Part shown: positions 27,505 to 40,838 of the stretch, one piece after another | Layout: each line of letters opens with the position of its first letter | Numbering within the stretch: position 1 is the first letter of the stretch | Origin: Octopus sinensis | Lineage: Eukaryota | Reading direction: 5' to 3' | NCBI RefSeq assembly: GCF_006345805.1 | Contig: NC_043005.1 | Coordinates: 106,826,001 to 106,890,000 of the forward strand | DNA length: 64,000 nt | Program-made: the position numbers and the translations under genes | Notes under the pieces: generated by a model | What the model saw: the letters and a program-made list of their open reading frames with translations, nothing else | Database searches by the model: none | Told to the model about the DNA's origin: nothing

Positions 27505-28593
27505 ATAACAGCTCCCAAGAGAAAGCAGCACGTGTATCCTGGTTCATAGAGACGCTATCAGGCATTCAGGTCCAACAGAATTACGAACGTATGGAAGGTA
27601 ACTACCAACAGCATCCTTTCCTATCATAAAATGTATATGGAAACAGGAAGCAGGGGCTGGGGCCACCGAGTATGGCTGTGGAAGATGTACAAATTCAACG
27701 ACTCTTTCGTCGTAGCTCGATTAGGTCCATTCGTATTGCAACTAATCAGTTAAGTTCAGTGCAGTCAATAATTTATAAAGTTTTGCACAAGAACTTTATG
27801 CTTTATGCTTGAAAATGCAACTCTTGCAAGTACGACAACCAAATGACACATCCCGAAGTACAGTGGAGATAAAGATGAAAGCTTCTTCTATCGGAAATTT
27901 TGTTTCGGCGATAAAGCAACATTTCATGTCTCAATAATGATAAATAAGCACATCAAGATTTGGGATTCAGAAAACTCACACGAAACAAGAGAATTGGACA
28001 AAAACAGTCCAAAGGTCAATGTTCGGTGTGGCCTCATGTTTGGGGCAATGATTGGTCCGTAGAAGAATCGATTATTTCCAACAGTTTCCTTGATCTTTTA
28101 CAATAATTTATCGTAGTGCAGCTGCATCACTTACACCCAACATTTATTTTCCAACATGATACTGCACCGCCCATAAGGGGTTTAATGTTCGGCACTTTCT
28201 TAATACAACTTTTGCAAACCGTTGGATTGAAAGCAGAGGCTCAGTTTTCTGGCCACGATGGTCAGCTGATATAACTCCTCTAGTCTGCTTCTGGGGTTAC
28301 ATTAAAGACAAAATCTATCGTACTAAAGGTCAAGACCTCAATGATCTAAAAAGGAAAATACGCCAAGCCATATCCAACACTGATTAGGGGATGCTCTAAC
28401 ACACATGGTTAGAAACAACGTCTAGATGTGTTGTGCTCAACCAATGAAGACAATGCGGAAGTGTTCTGATGTTTCTAATAAAACTATCTTTTTGCTCGTG
28501 TTTCCCAATAAACACTGCCGAGTTATCCGTATTTGTCATTAATCATTTTCTTCATCATCTAAAAAATTGTGAACGTAATTATGGACACCCCTT
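27505..28593 (+). pseudogene. IS630-Tc1-mariner transposon fossil, DD41D (rosa)-like
   Basis: EKAARVSWFIET; FGDKATFHVS...KIWDSENSHETRELDKNSPKVNVRCGL; FQHDTAPP; NTTFANRWI..WPRWSADITPL..FWGYIKDKIY; right end ATTATGGACACCC followed by TA. Confidence 0.8.
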
Positions 28594-28680
28594 ATATATG
28601 TGTGTGCGCATGCGTTGTGTGTTGTCTCTGTGAGTTTGTACATACACTTGCATATATATATATATATACATATAATATAT

Positions 28681-28713
<33 letters not shown>

Positions 28714-28800
28714 CATATATATGTATGTATATATATAAATATTATATAGTATATATATTTATATAGGTATATATATATATGTATATATATGTATGTATAT

Positions 28801-28847
<47 letters not shown>

Positions 28848-28848
28848 C

Positions 28849-28881
<33 letters not shown>

Positions 28882-28897
28882 CATATATATACATATA

Positions 28898-29297
28898 GGC
28901 GCAGGAAGGCTGTGTGGTAAGTAGCTTGCTAATCAACCACATGGTTCCCGGTTCAGTCCCACTGCGTGACATCTTGAGCAAGCGTCTTCTGCTATAGCCC
29001 CGGGCCAACCAATGCCTTGTGAGTGGATTTGGTAGACGGAAACTGAAAGAAGCCTGTCGTATATATGTATATATATGTATGTGTGTGCATGTGTTTGTGT
29101 GTCTGTGTTTCTTCCCCTAGCATTGCTTGACAACCGATGCTGGTGTGTTTACGTCCCCGTCACTTAACGGTTCGGCAAAAGAAACCGATAGAATAAGTAC
29201 TTGGCTTACAAAGAATAAGTCCCGGGGTCGATTTGCTCGACTAAAGGCGGTGCTCCAGCATGGCCGCAGTCAAATGAATGAAACAAGTGAAAGTGTG
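28898..29297 (+). mobile_element. SINE family A, full length, in a (TA)n tract
   Basis: Colinear with family A; TA repeats on both flanks. Confidence 0.95.
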
Positions 29298-30764
29298 TAT
29301 ATATATAGATGCACATATATGTTTGTATTTGTATACGTTATAATATGAAATAACTAACTTGAATGTAAAATAACAGATGTAGGTATAGACTTAATTATGT
29401 GTGTTGATACAACCCCTACAAAATGTAGTATATAATTGATCCGAGATTTATATCAGTACTGTTGCAGAAAGCTGATGAAACATTCTGAAAGTACCTATTT
29501 CAATCTGAAAGGACCACCAGCTATATGCAGATCAGTTTATGCCAAAATTAGTGCAAAGTGGTTTACTCTGTGGAATCACCGATACGCACGGGCTGTGATA
29601 TTTTAATTTTTAAAACTTTTTTCGCGAACGATCACGACCACGTCTTTGAAAGGAAAATATATTTTATAGCGAAATTAGAAAAGATAAAAAGCTGTCTGGC
29701 GTCTGCGAACGCGTTAAATATTGAGCGTAGTGGCATGATATATTGAAGACTCTAGGAAAAGATGGGATATAAATGTACGCTATATAAAATATAATTTTCA
29801 AAAAATATGTTATAGCAGTGACATGTACTATACCGAAGTTAATAGTCTGCATATTAATAGTTTCTCAAATAATATATTGCCTCTTAGTCAATAGAAAAGC
29901 AGAAGAGATATCTTATGTTTATATCAGCGAAACGGTCGATTGCCTAGATCCATCATTTACGTTTGTACGCGAATATAGAGTGATCTTCAGAGTAAAGTGC
30001 TGCTGGCATGTGCTGCGGCATTTCAATACAAGTGAAAGCAGCCTTGATTGGTGCCGAGAGTACGGTTGTAGTTTAAAGAGTTTACCCTTAGATGTTTATA
30101 ATTTCATCGTTGATTATTTGTTTGTAACTGGAAAATTCTTCCTAATCATTAACTCAGCATAGTATCAGGTTACGCGTAATGGTTCCATCATTAACATTTT
30201 GGCTACACGCAGACACAAACAACCATAAAATATATATGCATATATATATGATACACACACACACACACACACATATACACAATTATATATATATGTATAT
30301 ATATATTCAAAAAGATTGCTGAGAGAGAGAGAGAGAGAGAGAAAGGAGAAGAAGGAGAAACAGACTAACACATTCATAATATATATATTACGTACATATT
30401 CGGTGTACATATATAGATACATACAGGCACACATGTATATGTATGTATGTATATATATATATTATTATCTATATATATACTATATACATATATTCATATA
30501 TGTCTATGTGTGTATGAGTGTGTGTGTCTATAAATATAAACATATATATATATATATAAATATATGTATCATACATATGATGAATCTCACTTTTCTAATT
30601 TGGCAATTAAATATAAGAATGGAAGTAGTTATTGGCAAACGACGGTAACCAATTCTTGGCAAAAATTAAGATAAATATTTTGGCTACAATGATGATTTGT
30701 TGAAAGACGTCTACAACACACCTATTACACCTTTATGGACCCACTTATATATATATCTATATCT

Positions 30765-30795
<31 letters not shown>

Positions 30796-31115
30796 TATAT
30801 ATATATATAACATGAACTATTGCTAACACTTTTTTGTTATAAATATTTTCATTATTGGCATTATTTTTATAATATATGTGTGGTGGTAACTTTTGAAATT
30901 AAAGATGACATATGTGTATTTGTATGTATTAATGTATGTGTGTGTGTGTGAGTGTGTGTGTGTGTGCATATATATCTATATATATCTATCTATCTCTCTC
31001 TCTATATATATATACATGCAAACACACTCACACGCACATACACACATATATTAATATATACATATATACATATATATATATCTATCTATCTATCTATATA
31101 TATATATAATATATC

Positions 31116-31148
<33 letters not shown>

Positions 31149-31948
31149 CAGCAAGAAGAGACAAACATAAATTCTATCCAAAACAATAAAGTAGAATTAA
31201 TTAATTGTCTTGTGTAGTTTTGTAAGTTTTTTGTTTATATTTTTACCTATTTTTTGTGTCTTTTCATATCTCTTTTTTGTATTCTGTTTTGTTTTCCTCT
31301 TTTACCTATTTAACGTTGTGTATGAACGTCTGACTAGAATGTAATCGTGTATACTATATCTCATCAGAATTGACGTAGTTACAGTGCCAAAACTTCACGA
31401 TTGATTCAATATCACAATACACTACTTGCTCCAAATCTAAACTTCGTTGATTTTTCTTGCTGCGGCTGAACCCAGATCAGTTTCCTAACGTCTTGTTTTT
31501 TAGATATTGGTCTTGATATTTATAACAAATTAATTCTCTTTCGGGAATTCTAATGGTAAATGATAAACAATGTTTCATTCGGGACAATGACGTCTTTATA
31601 TCTAAGAATGAAATGGTCTATGAACCCACTAAATTCTATGGCCACACACACACACACACACGCGCGCGCGCACATACACACACTCTCTCTCTCACTTACT
31701 CCCCATTCCTCATCCACTTTTACTATCCTATATCTCTCTCCATACCTACAAACTCAATAATACTATAAAAAGAGACAAATCTTCTGAAAAAATTCAATCT
31801 GACGAATCTGCTAGCGTGGATGCAAGCACTTATAAAGGATTTATAAGAATGGTGCATATTAATAAAAATCTGTATATATAAAAACCATCCAGATTTCTGA
31901 GTACCTTATTTCTTTTAATATATAATACCTGTACATCATCTCCAAACC

Positions 31949-32004
<56 letters not shown>

Positions 32005-32835
32005 CAATCTACATAACAGCCTAGTAACAACTCTACCTGTGAATATACAAACTGTGGGTAGTGGAGCATGACTACCTTCTACGTATATTTCGTATGTTGA
32101 TTCTTGTATGTATTCTTGTGAATACATTTAGAAGTTATGGGTTTCATATATTAGGAGGGGAAGAGCTCTGTTCTTCAGTCTCTTACCAAGGTTCAGTATT
32201 AAGGACAGGGAGTGAATTGTTAGGGTGCCTAGTGGAGTAATCTATATTTACCTTAATACTTTGGTGGATAGAATTAGCTACGTGCTGCATGCTCTCCATT
32301 ACGCTCTTCTCGGTTTCTGCATTAGAGTTATTAGACTACAGCTACAGTTCAGTTACAGTACATAACATTACATTACATTTTATATGTATATATATGTATA
32401 TACATACCTCCACCTAATACATTAAATGCACACACACATACACACATATATATGTCATAAAAATTTAAAATGTCCGTGAGACGTGAAATAAATCGGCATT
32501 GAATTTGGGCCTCGAGAGAGGTAACACTATAAATGATAGCATGTAAAAATGGAGTTGAAAAAATCTGGATGGAAAACGTTAAATGCTACCCGCGGTACTC
32601 AAACCCATATCTTTTTTGCATATATATATATATATATATATATAAGTAGTTGAATGAATTATCTTAGTATGGATAATTCGGTTAACTGATACCTGGCTAG
32701 CAAATTCACGTCAGAAAAACACGGTTGAAGCTACATGCCAAGGGCAGAGATCATGTGCTTTCGTGTGGAAATTTGTGTGTTTTTTTAATACAAATAAATG
32801 AAAGAATAGAGTTCAACGACGATTTAACAAAATTC

Positions 32836-32929
32836 CTTTATTCTCGACATATGCTTCGAAGGCTGCATATTCCTAATTTCGAAGGAATAAGGGGTGCATT
32901 ATGCCGCCTTCTCATCAGAAAAAACAAAG
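32836..32929 (-). ncRNA. Type I hammerhead ribozyme, core-mutated copy (GAAA to GAAG)
   Basis: Mirror of 33064-33157; position 32854 changes conserved A15.1 to G. Confidence 0.6.
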
Positions 32930-33063
32930 AACTTATGTCAGCATCAAGATGAACAAAAACTCTTAGATGACTGCCCACACGGAGCCCATAGTGATAATGT
33001 TCTATGGGCTCCGTGTGGGCAGTCATCTAAGAGTTTTTGTTCATCTTGATGCTGACATAAGTT

Positions 33064-33157
33064 CTTTGTTTTTTCTGATGAGAAGGCGGCATAATGCACC
33101 CCTTATTCCTTCGAAATTAGGAATATGCAGCCTTCGAAACATATGTCGAGAATAAAG
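33064..33157 (+). ncRNA. Type I hammerhead ribozyme
   Basis: CTGATGA (33075-33081), stem II GAAGGC/GCCTTC, GAAA-C-ATAT-G-TC (site after 33147), stem I CTTTGTTTTT/GAGAATAAAG with GU pairs. Confidence 0.8.
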
Positions 33158-33226
33158 GAATTTTGTTAAATCGTCGTTCAACTCCATTCTTTCATTTATT
33201 TATATATATATATATATGTATATATA

Positions 33227-33559
33227 GGCGTAGGAGTGGCTGTGTGGTAAGTAGCGTGTTTACCAACCACACATGGTTCCGGGTTCAGTCCCACTTGAGC
33301 AAGTGTCTTCTACTATAGCCTCGGGTCTACCGAAGCCTTGTGAGTGGATTTGGTAGACAGAAACTGAAAGAAGTCCGTCGTATATATGTATATATGAGTG
33401 TGTGTGTGTGTATGTTTGTGTTTCTGTGCTTGTCTCCCCAACATCGCTTGACAACCGATGCTGGTTCGGCAAAAGAGACCGATAGAATAAGTACTAGGCT
33501 TCCAAAGCATGGCCACAGTCAAAATGACTGAATCAAGTAAGAGAGTAAAGACTAAAGAG
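33227..33559 (+). mobile_element. SINE family A with internal deletions
   Basis: Head and tail are intact but three internal segments are missing relative to other copies; TA flanks. Confidence 0.9.
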
Positions 33560-33570
33560 TATATATATAT

Positions 33571-33647
<77 letters not shown>

Positions 33648-34969
33648 CATGAGTGTGTGTATGTGTTTGTCTTTATATGCGTATACGGACACTTGCAACC
33701 ATGGTCATATACATGTATATGCATACATGTGCGTGGGAGTAAGCATATATGAGTACGTTTGCACTTATGCTAGTGGTGAGTTTATATAAGGAGTAAGAAA
33801 ATTATGTCTACTTACTTCCGCAATCTGTATTGAGTTCATTTTTGTCTTGTCGAGAGAAAAGAATTAAACTACACACACATACATATATACTCATACACTC
33901 ACATTTACATACACTTTATCACACACAGGTCCAGCACATGCATACACACACATACTCTTAAGCACGAACACATGTAATCGCACACCAAATAGGGTAAAAA
34001 TAAGAAACGAAAATCAAAGTCACAACACCTACTACAATATTACACACGGCCATCCATGCGACTGACAACAGCAATAAGATATTCATACATATATATATAT
34101 AGACAGCATTGACATTTAAAGGACAACAAGCAGAATGAGCAACTAAAAAGGATAGAGCAGAATATATATTTGTGCTCTGTGTAGAAATGCTGTTCAGAAG
34201 GTTTTTAATGAAAGTTTAAAGCAAAAGATATCAATGTTAGTGCCAATTCAACTATATAATTTTCATATAGGTTACAGCTATATTTTACCATCTACTACTA
34301 TCTAGGACAACGTATCCACAAACATACGTACACACATACACACGTTCAAAAATACATACATATATAATTATACACAAACACACACACATACACACATACA
34401 CACACACAAACACACACAAACACACACACCACACATATATATATATATATATAATATTACCATTTCTTCAAACTAGTTTTCACATCCTTGTGGAAGTCGT
34501 TTGTACGAACGTGTAGTTTGTACAAGTACATAGCGTACAGACAGTCATACACACACAACATAGATATATACATATGCATACCTATGAATATATATATATA
34601 TAGGCACATATAAATATATATAATTATATCTTTGCATATATATATATATAGTCGTGCATACATAGGCTTAAGTAGTTGGAATCGAATATGATTTTTAGCG
34701 TTTGTATTACTGAGAAGTTAGAAGAGAAGGTTTGCTTCAGTGTATCATGTACAATGAAGTGAGCGTTCTCTGTGGTTGCGAGTGTATGTGTGAAGTGTGT
34801 GTATGAGTGCTTCAGTCTTTCTGTGCGTATGTGTTTGAGTGTGTGTTAGTGCTTTATATATGTTAGCATGTGTATTTTCTATTGTTCTGGACAGAAGTAT
34901 ACTTAGCAATTCATGAAATGGTATTATAGAAAGAGACAGAGAATGAATTGGGAAACAGGGGGTAAACGT

Positions 34970-35021
<52 letters not shown>

Positions 35022-35722
35022 GCATACACACACACACATATATATATATATATAATATATATACATATATGAATATATATATGTACGTATGTACGTATGT
35101 ACGTATGTACGTATATGTAAAATCCAGAAAAGACACAAAATGAAACAAAAAATACATTATTTATATTTAATATAATGTAATAATATACAATCTTATATAT
35201 ATGTGTGTATGTGTGTGAGTGTAGATATATACGAATATATTTATATACATGCATACAAATATATATGTATATATATATGTATGTATGTAAATATATATAT
35301 ATATATACATACATATATATGTGTGTATATATATATATACATACATATATATGTGTATATATATATATATGTACCCATAAGTAGTATTGTGCATTGAGGT
35401 AAGGGAAATAAGGAGAAGAGAAATATATACAAAAAAATACACCTATAAAAGCAAATATAAAACAAATAAAAATCCTAAGTAATATTTCTGTAAATATATT
35501 CCTTGCAAATCTTCTGAAAGGAACTCTTCAAAGAAAATCTCAGAAAGTTCACTTGGAGATGAAAACCAAAACTAGTCTACTTGAGTGAAGACAATAATGC
35601 GTCCTTTAAAGGCAAATGTTTAATTCGATGAAAGACACAAGCAATTTCAGCTCTTCAAATTGGATAAAAAAAAAGGAAACCACACGGGCGTATTTCTGTG
35701 TATTTGTATTTCTATGTGTGTA

Positions 35723-35772
<50 letters not shown>

Positions 35773-35800
35773 CACACACATATAGATATATATGTATATA

Positions 35801-35843
<43 letters not shown>

Positions 35844-36064
35844 CACACATATATACATATATACATATATATGCATATATATATATATATACACACATAT
35901 ATATATATATGTATATATATGTATGTGGGTGTATTTACATATATATATATATTTTGAGAGTGTTAACTTAAGATAGAAATCTATATGTATGTATGTGACC
36001 ATATATATATATATTTATATTTATATTTGTATATATATATATATATAATATATATGCAGAGAGT

Positions 36065-36095
<31 letters not shown>

Positions 36096-36730
36096 GGAAA
36101 GTGAGAGAGCTGGAAGGGAATGTATATGAATATCCTTATATATATATATATATATACATATATCTAAACACATACACTTATATGCACATGCATGAATGCA
36201 TGCTTACACAAATGCCTACAGCCATGTATATGTGTATATATATTTGTGTATATCTATATTGACATGCAAACATTAATATCTATACATGTACGAGTGCCTA
36301 CACACAATTTTACACCTTAATTCGGAACTTAATCATGTGTGACAATTGAACATATTTTGATTTTAACACTAAGCAAATAAATCGTTTGACGTATTTATCT
36401 TTCCTTACAAATCGAACAGGTTATTTGTGTTTGGTGCCGTTTTCGAGCTTTTTTATCTTTTAGTATACTATATGTTGTACATATATATATGCATTCATAG
36501 ATCTTATTATTTTACATACTATATTTTGGGTACACATTGGGTACATAGTCACACAAACCCATACATATAGAGACACTCAAACATACACACACAAGGAGAC
36601 AGGTATACACTCACACACATATACAAATACACAAACACGAACACATGGATATGCAGAATACATACATACAGACTTACACATACGCATACACATTGGACAC
36701 ACATTTTGCATACTATATTCTATTGGGCAT

Positions 36731-37541
36731 AAGGTGGCGGGCTGGCAGAAACTTTAGCACGCTTAGCGGTATTTCGACAATCTAAGGCGGCGAGCTGGAA
36801 GAAAAATTAGTACACCCGGCTAAATGCTTAGCGGTATTTCGTCTGCCGCTACGTTCTGAGTTCAAATTCCGCCGAGGTCGACTTTGCCTTTCATCCTTTC
36901 GGGATCGATTAAATAAGTACCAGTTACGCACTGGGGTGGATAAAATGGATTTAATTCGTTTGTCTGTCTTTGTTTGTCCTCTCTGTGTTTATCTCCTTGT
37001 GGGTAGTAAAGAAATAGGTATTTCGTCTGCCGCTACGTTCTGAGTTCAAATTCCGCCGAGGTCGACTTTGCCTTTCATCCTTTCGGGATCGATTAAATAA
37101 GTACCAGTTACGCACTGGGGTGGATAAAATGGATTTAATTCGTTTGTCTGTCTTTGTTTGTCCTCTCTGTGTTTATCTCCTTGTGGGTAGTAAAGAAATA
37201 GGTATTTCGTCTGCCGCTACGTTCTGAGTTCAAATTCCGCCGAGGTCGACTTTGCCTTTCATCCTTTCGGGATCGATTAAATAAGTACCAGTTACGCACT
37301 GGGGTGGATATAATGGACTTAATTCGTTTGTCTGTCTTTGTTTGTCCTCTCTGTGTTTAGCCCCTTGTGGGTAGTAAAGAAATAGGTATTTCGACTATTT
37401 TTTCGTTCTGAGTTCAAATTCCGCCGAGGTCGACTTTACCTTTCAGACTTTCGGATTCGATAAATTAAGATCCAGTTGTGTAGATCTAATCGACTGGTCC
37501 CCTCCCTCAAAATTACGGACCTTATGCTCTCAGTAGAAATG
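36731..37541 (+). mobile_element. tRNA-derived SINE family B: young copy with three 184-bp tandem units inserted into an older copy
   Basis: GGTATTTCG recurs at 36833, 37017, 37201 and 37385; B-box-like GAGTTCAAATTCC in each unit. Confidence 0.9.
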
Positions 37542-37907
37542 TATATTTAATTGGGCACATATTTTGCATTCATTCTGTGGGCTACCCACTTCGACTGTCG
37601 TTTGGCGTTATGCTTTTATCCTCTTGTTTTTCTTTCAGTTTAATTTTGATCGTAATTTCCTCCCATCATTTTTACTGTAATTCCTTTGATAACTTTTAAT
37701 TTCTATGTCCTTTGAAGACCTTGTAATGGATGTCAGATTTATTGGTGTAGACTTAATAGAAATGTTAACGATACATGACTGTAGGTTGTAGAGATAATTG
37801 TAGAGGACACGATGGATTGTAAGCGGGAAACGAGTATGAAAAATAACAAAACACCAGAATAATATCAACAAGAATAATGTAATTAACAAGAGCAACGCAA
37901 TTAAAAC

Positions 37908-38170
37908 AGCTGTGGCTCGGGAGTATGAGGCTTACATCCTAATCGTATGGTTCCGGATTCAGTTCCACTTTTTGACACCTGGGGTAAGGGCCTAACACCA
38001 TAGCTCAGGGTTGGCCAAAGCCGTGTGTGTGTGTGTGTGTGTAGTGGCTGTGCTTGTCCTACATCACCGTTTCACAACCGGTGGTAATGTGTTTACGTCA
38101 CCGATAGAATGGGTACCAGACCTGGGGAGGATATTCGTTCGACTAAAATTCTTCAATTCCATGCCCTCAT
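37908..38170 (+). mobile_element. Degenerate SINE family A-like copy
   Basis: GCTGTGG...ATGGTTCCGGATTCAGTTCCACT...CAACCG..GTGTTTACGTC..CCGATAGAAT. Confidence 0.65.
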
Positions 38171-38286
38171 CCTAGAAAAAAAAAGTAAAAGAAAAAACAT
38201 AAACAATAATGAGTGAAGCAACAGGATTCATAGAAAAATAGTGTTTTTGCATGCACATACTATAGATTAATGCATGCACACACGCA

Positions 38287-38344
<58 letters not shown>

Positions 38345-38357
38345 GTCGGAGGAAGGT

Positions 38358-38607
38358 GGTTTCGATTCCCAGACCGGGCATTGTGTGTGTTTATTGAGCG
38401 AAAACAACTAAAAGCTCTACGAGGCTTTGGCAAGGGGGTGGGGGCGACCCCTTTTGTACTCTTTCGCCCCATCTTTCTCTCACTCTCTCTTCCGCTTCTT
38501 GAGTAACGCTGCGATGGACTGGCGTCCCGTCCAGCTGGGGAGGGGGACACATACGCCACAGAAATCGGGAAACGGGCCCATGTGCCTGGCTAGGCTTGGA
38601 AGAGGCC
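38358..38607 (+). mobile_element. 5'-truncated SINE sharing the family C head but with a different 3' half
   Basis: Matches 12129-12270, then switches to CTGCGATGGACTGGCGTCCCGTCCAG. Confidence 0.8.
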
Positions 38608-39699
38608 ACACACACACACACACGCGCGCACATATATATATATTAGTGTAGCTTGTTCGCAATTTTACATCCGAATGGCAGAAATATATACGTCACTAAA
38701 GTGAAGTAACTGAGGGCACTAGCTAGCTCTAGCATTGCTAGAAATAAGAGTTAAAACAACTCATAGCCACAAGAAGCACCTTATCTTAATGACTGACAAG
38801 GGATGCAAACTCCCCCAGCACCTAGGCATAGCCAGATCACTGTGATATCATTCGTTTACTTGCACCACTTAAACAAATGTTTGTTATCATGTAATAAATA
38901 GATATAGTGGAATGTTTACTGGCTGTTGTTTGTCGATTTTATATCCCCTCCATTTTCTTATTTGCCCTATATATGTTTATGTGTGTGTATGTGTGCATGT
39001 GTATGTGTGCGTGTGTATGTATATATGTATATATATTGAGGATGCGACGAAGAAACATGCCATAGGTTTGTTTTAACCGTGACCCTACCGCTAGTGAAAT
39101 TAGGTAAGTGATAACGCTATCTTCGCCTAAATCATGATACCATTTCGTTTTTGTTTTCTTTTTTTCTTCTTCTAAGCTATAATCATGGTTGGACCAGTAC
39201 ATGCCGTGCATTTGCCGTAGAATCTTTTATCAAAAACGGTGAAACGAAAGATTTTTTTTTGCCGTACATTGTATGTGTGTATGTATGTACACTCCCAGAC
39301 GTACACACGACATACATACACACATATAGACACATATAGACTCATACACATACTTATTTGCAGTGTGCATGTTTGTGTGAACGTGTAGCACAAGTAAAGA
39401 TTCGTTCGACTTTACGCAATTTTCAAAAGTGAAAGAACGAAAATGCAGGAAAATTTCTCATCTCACTTATTAAATTTAAATATATAATGAGAACCTCGTT
39501 CTATTTTTTCTTTTCCGTAGATATGGGGGCTCAAGATGATTGCATAATTTATTCATGCATTCATTTTTCTAAACATTTTTCTCATAATTCTTCAAAATTT
39601 TCAAATATTTGTATTAAAATTTTTCATTTCAGATAACAAAGGCAAAATCGAGTTTCGCAAGGTTTTCGTCAACCAGTACAATTCAACTCTTTCTGACGA

Positions 39700-39833
39700 A
39701 ATGTTGCTGCTGCTACTACTGATGGTGATGATGATGATGATGATGATGATGATGACGATGATGATGATGACGACGACGACTACGACGACGACAACGGCGA
39801 TGGCGATGATGGTGATGATAGCGATGATGGTGG

Positions 39834-39879
<46 letters not shown>

Positions 39880-40022
39880 GATGACGACGACGACAACGGC
39901 GATGGCGATGATGGTGATTATGGCGATGATCATGATGATGATGATGATGACGACGACTACGACGACGACTACGACGACGACTACGACGACGACAACTGCG
40001 ATGGCGATGATGGTGATGATGC

Positions 40023-40072
<50 letters not shown>

Positions 40073-40075
40073 ATG
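39700..40075. repeat. (ATG/ACG/GCG)n trinucleotide tract
   Basis: Seen directly in the sequence. Confidence 0.9.
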
Positions 40076-40229
40076 TTATTTACTGCAAAGTGCATTGATA
40101 CAGATTACAATGTGCGATGGTTTACATAAGAGAAAAGAAGAAGAAAATAAAATCATTGGGGAAATGAAATACAAAACAAGTTTATGTAATACACGAAATA
40201 TGTGAAGACATATGCTGCCCCCCAGAAGC

Positions 40230-40720
40230 AGGATAGCATCAAACTAGGCCCAATTAAGAAATTGCACTCATCAAAAATCCCCCTGTGTTGGCAGCATCAT
40301 AGGCTCCAGAGAAAATCTATACACTGGAACTTGTAGTGCTTCTTAATTGACAACAAGCCACAGCATGGATAGATCAGAATTGGACCTCCAGAATATAGAG
40401 GACAACTTGATGTATTTCCATTCAATCAAAGCAGTGTTAGCTATCATTTTGTCAAAGTTACTGGGACATGTATCTCTCTCACCGACCGTGACATCCATGA
40501 GGAATTGATTGATCAGGAAATTATTTGAGCTCATTTCTTTCACCCCCGTCCACCAACACATGTACTTCAGCTATAGCTGCTATAACAGAAAACATCGCAT
40601 GTCCCATCTTCTTAAAGGCGGGTATGTGGCAATCCTTACAATGGACAAAGATGATGACCTAATTCGTCCTATATGTGGCAGCTCTATTCTGACCTTGCTT
40701 GCAAGTCATCGATACTCGGA
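40230..40720 (+). pseudogene. Possible RTE-clade LINE 3' remnant
   Basis: KPQHG*IRIGPP and LI(R)PICGS..L..LASHR loosely resemble RTE C-terminal motifs. Confidence 0.35.
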
Positions 40721-40803
40721 CGCTGCATGAGTGCGTGCAGTACGGTGTTTTTTAAGTACATATACATACATGTATATATATATATATATGCGTGTGCATT
40801 TAT

Positions 40804-40838
<35 letters not shown>

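Larger units (their letters stand above)
32645..33201. mobile_element. Penelope-pLTR-like fold-back element: unique flank plus 199-bp inverted arms
   Basis: Arms 32792-32990 and 33003-33201 with about 3 mismatches, 12-nt spacer, (TA)n on both sides, hammerhead motif in each arm. Confidence 0.8.

Noticed and set aside
29895-29940. Hammerhead-like CAGAAGA-GATAT...ATATC-AGC-GAAACGGTC
   Set aside because: The core has U4 changed, there is a 3-nt insertion before GAAA, and no convincing stem I.
32725-33155. Paired near-identical ORFs MTAHTEPI... on both strands
   Set aside because: They are a by-product of the palindrome. The same applies to the MGPYCVFL... ORFs at 54984-55224 and MALVPYV... at 55822-56587.
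36833-37400. CRISPR-like or novel satellite array
   Set aside because: There are no unique spacers; the units are SINE bodies in a eukaryotic context.
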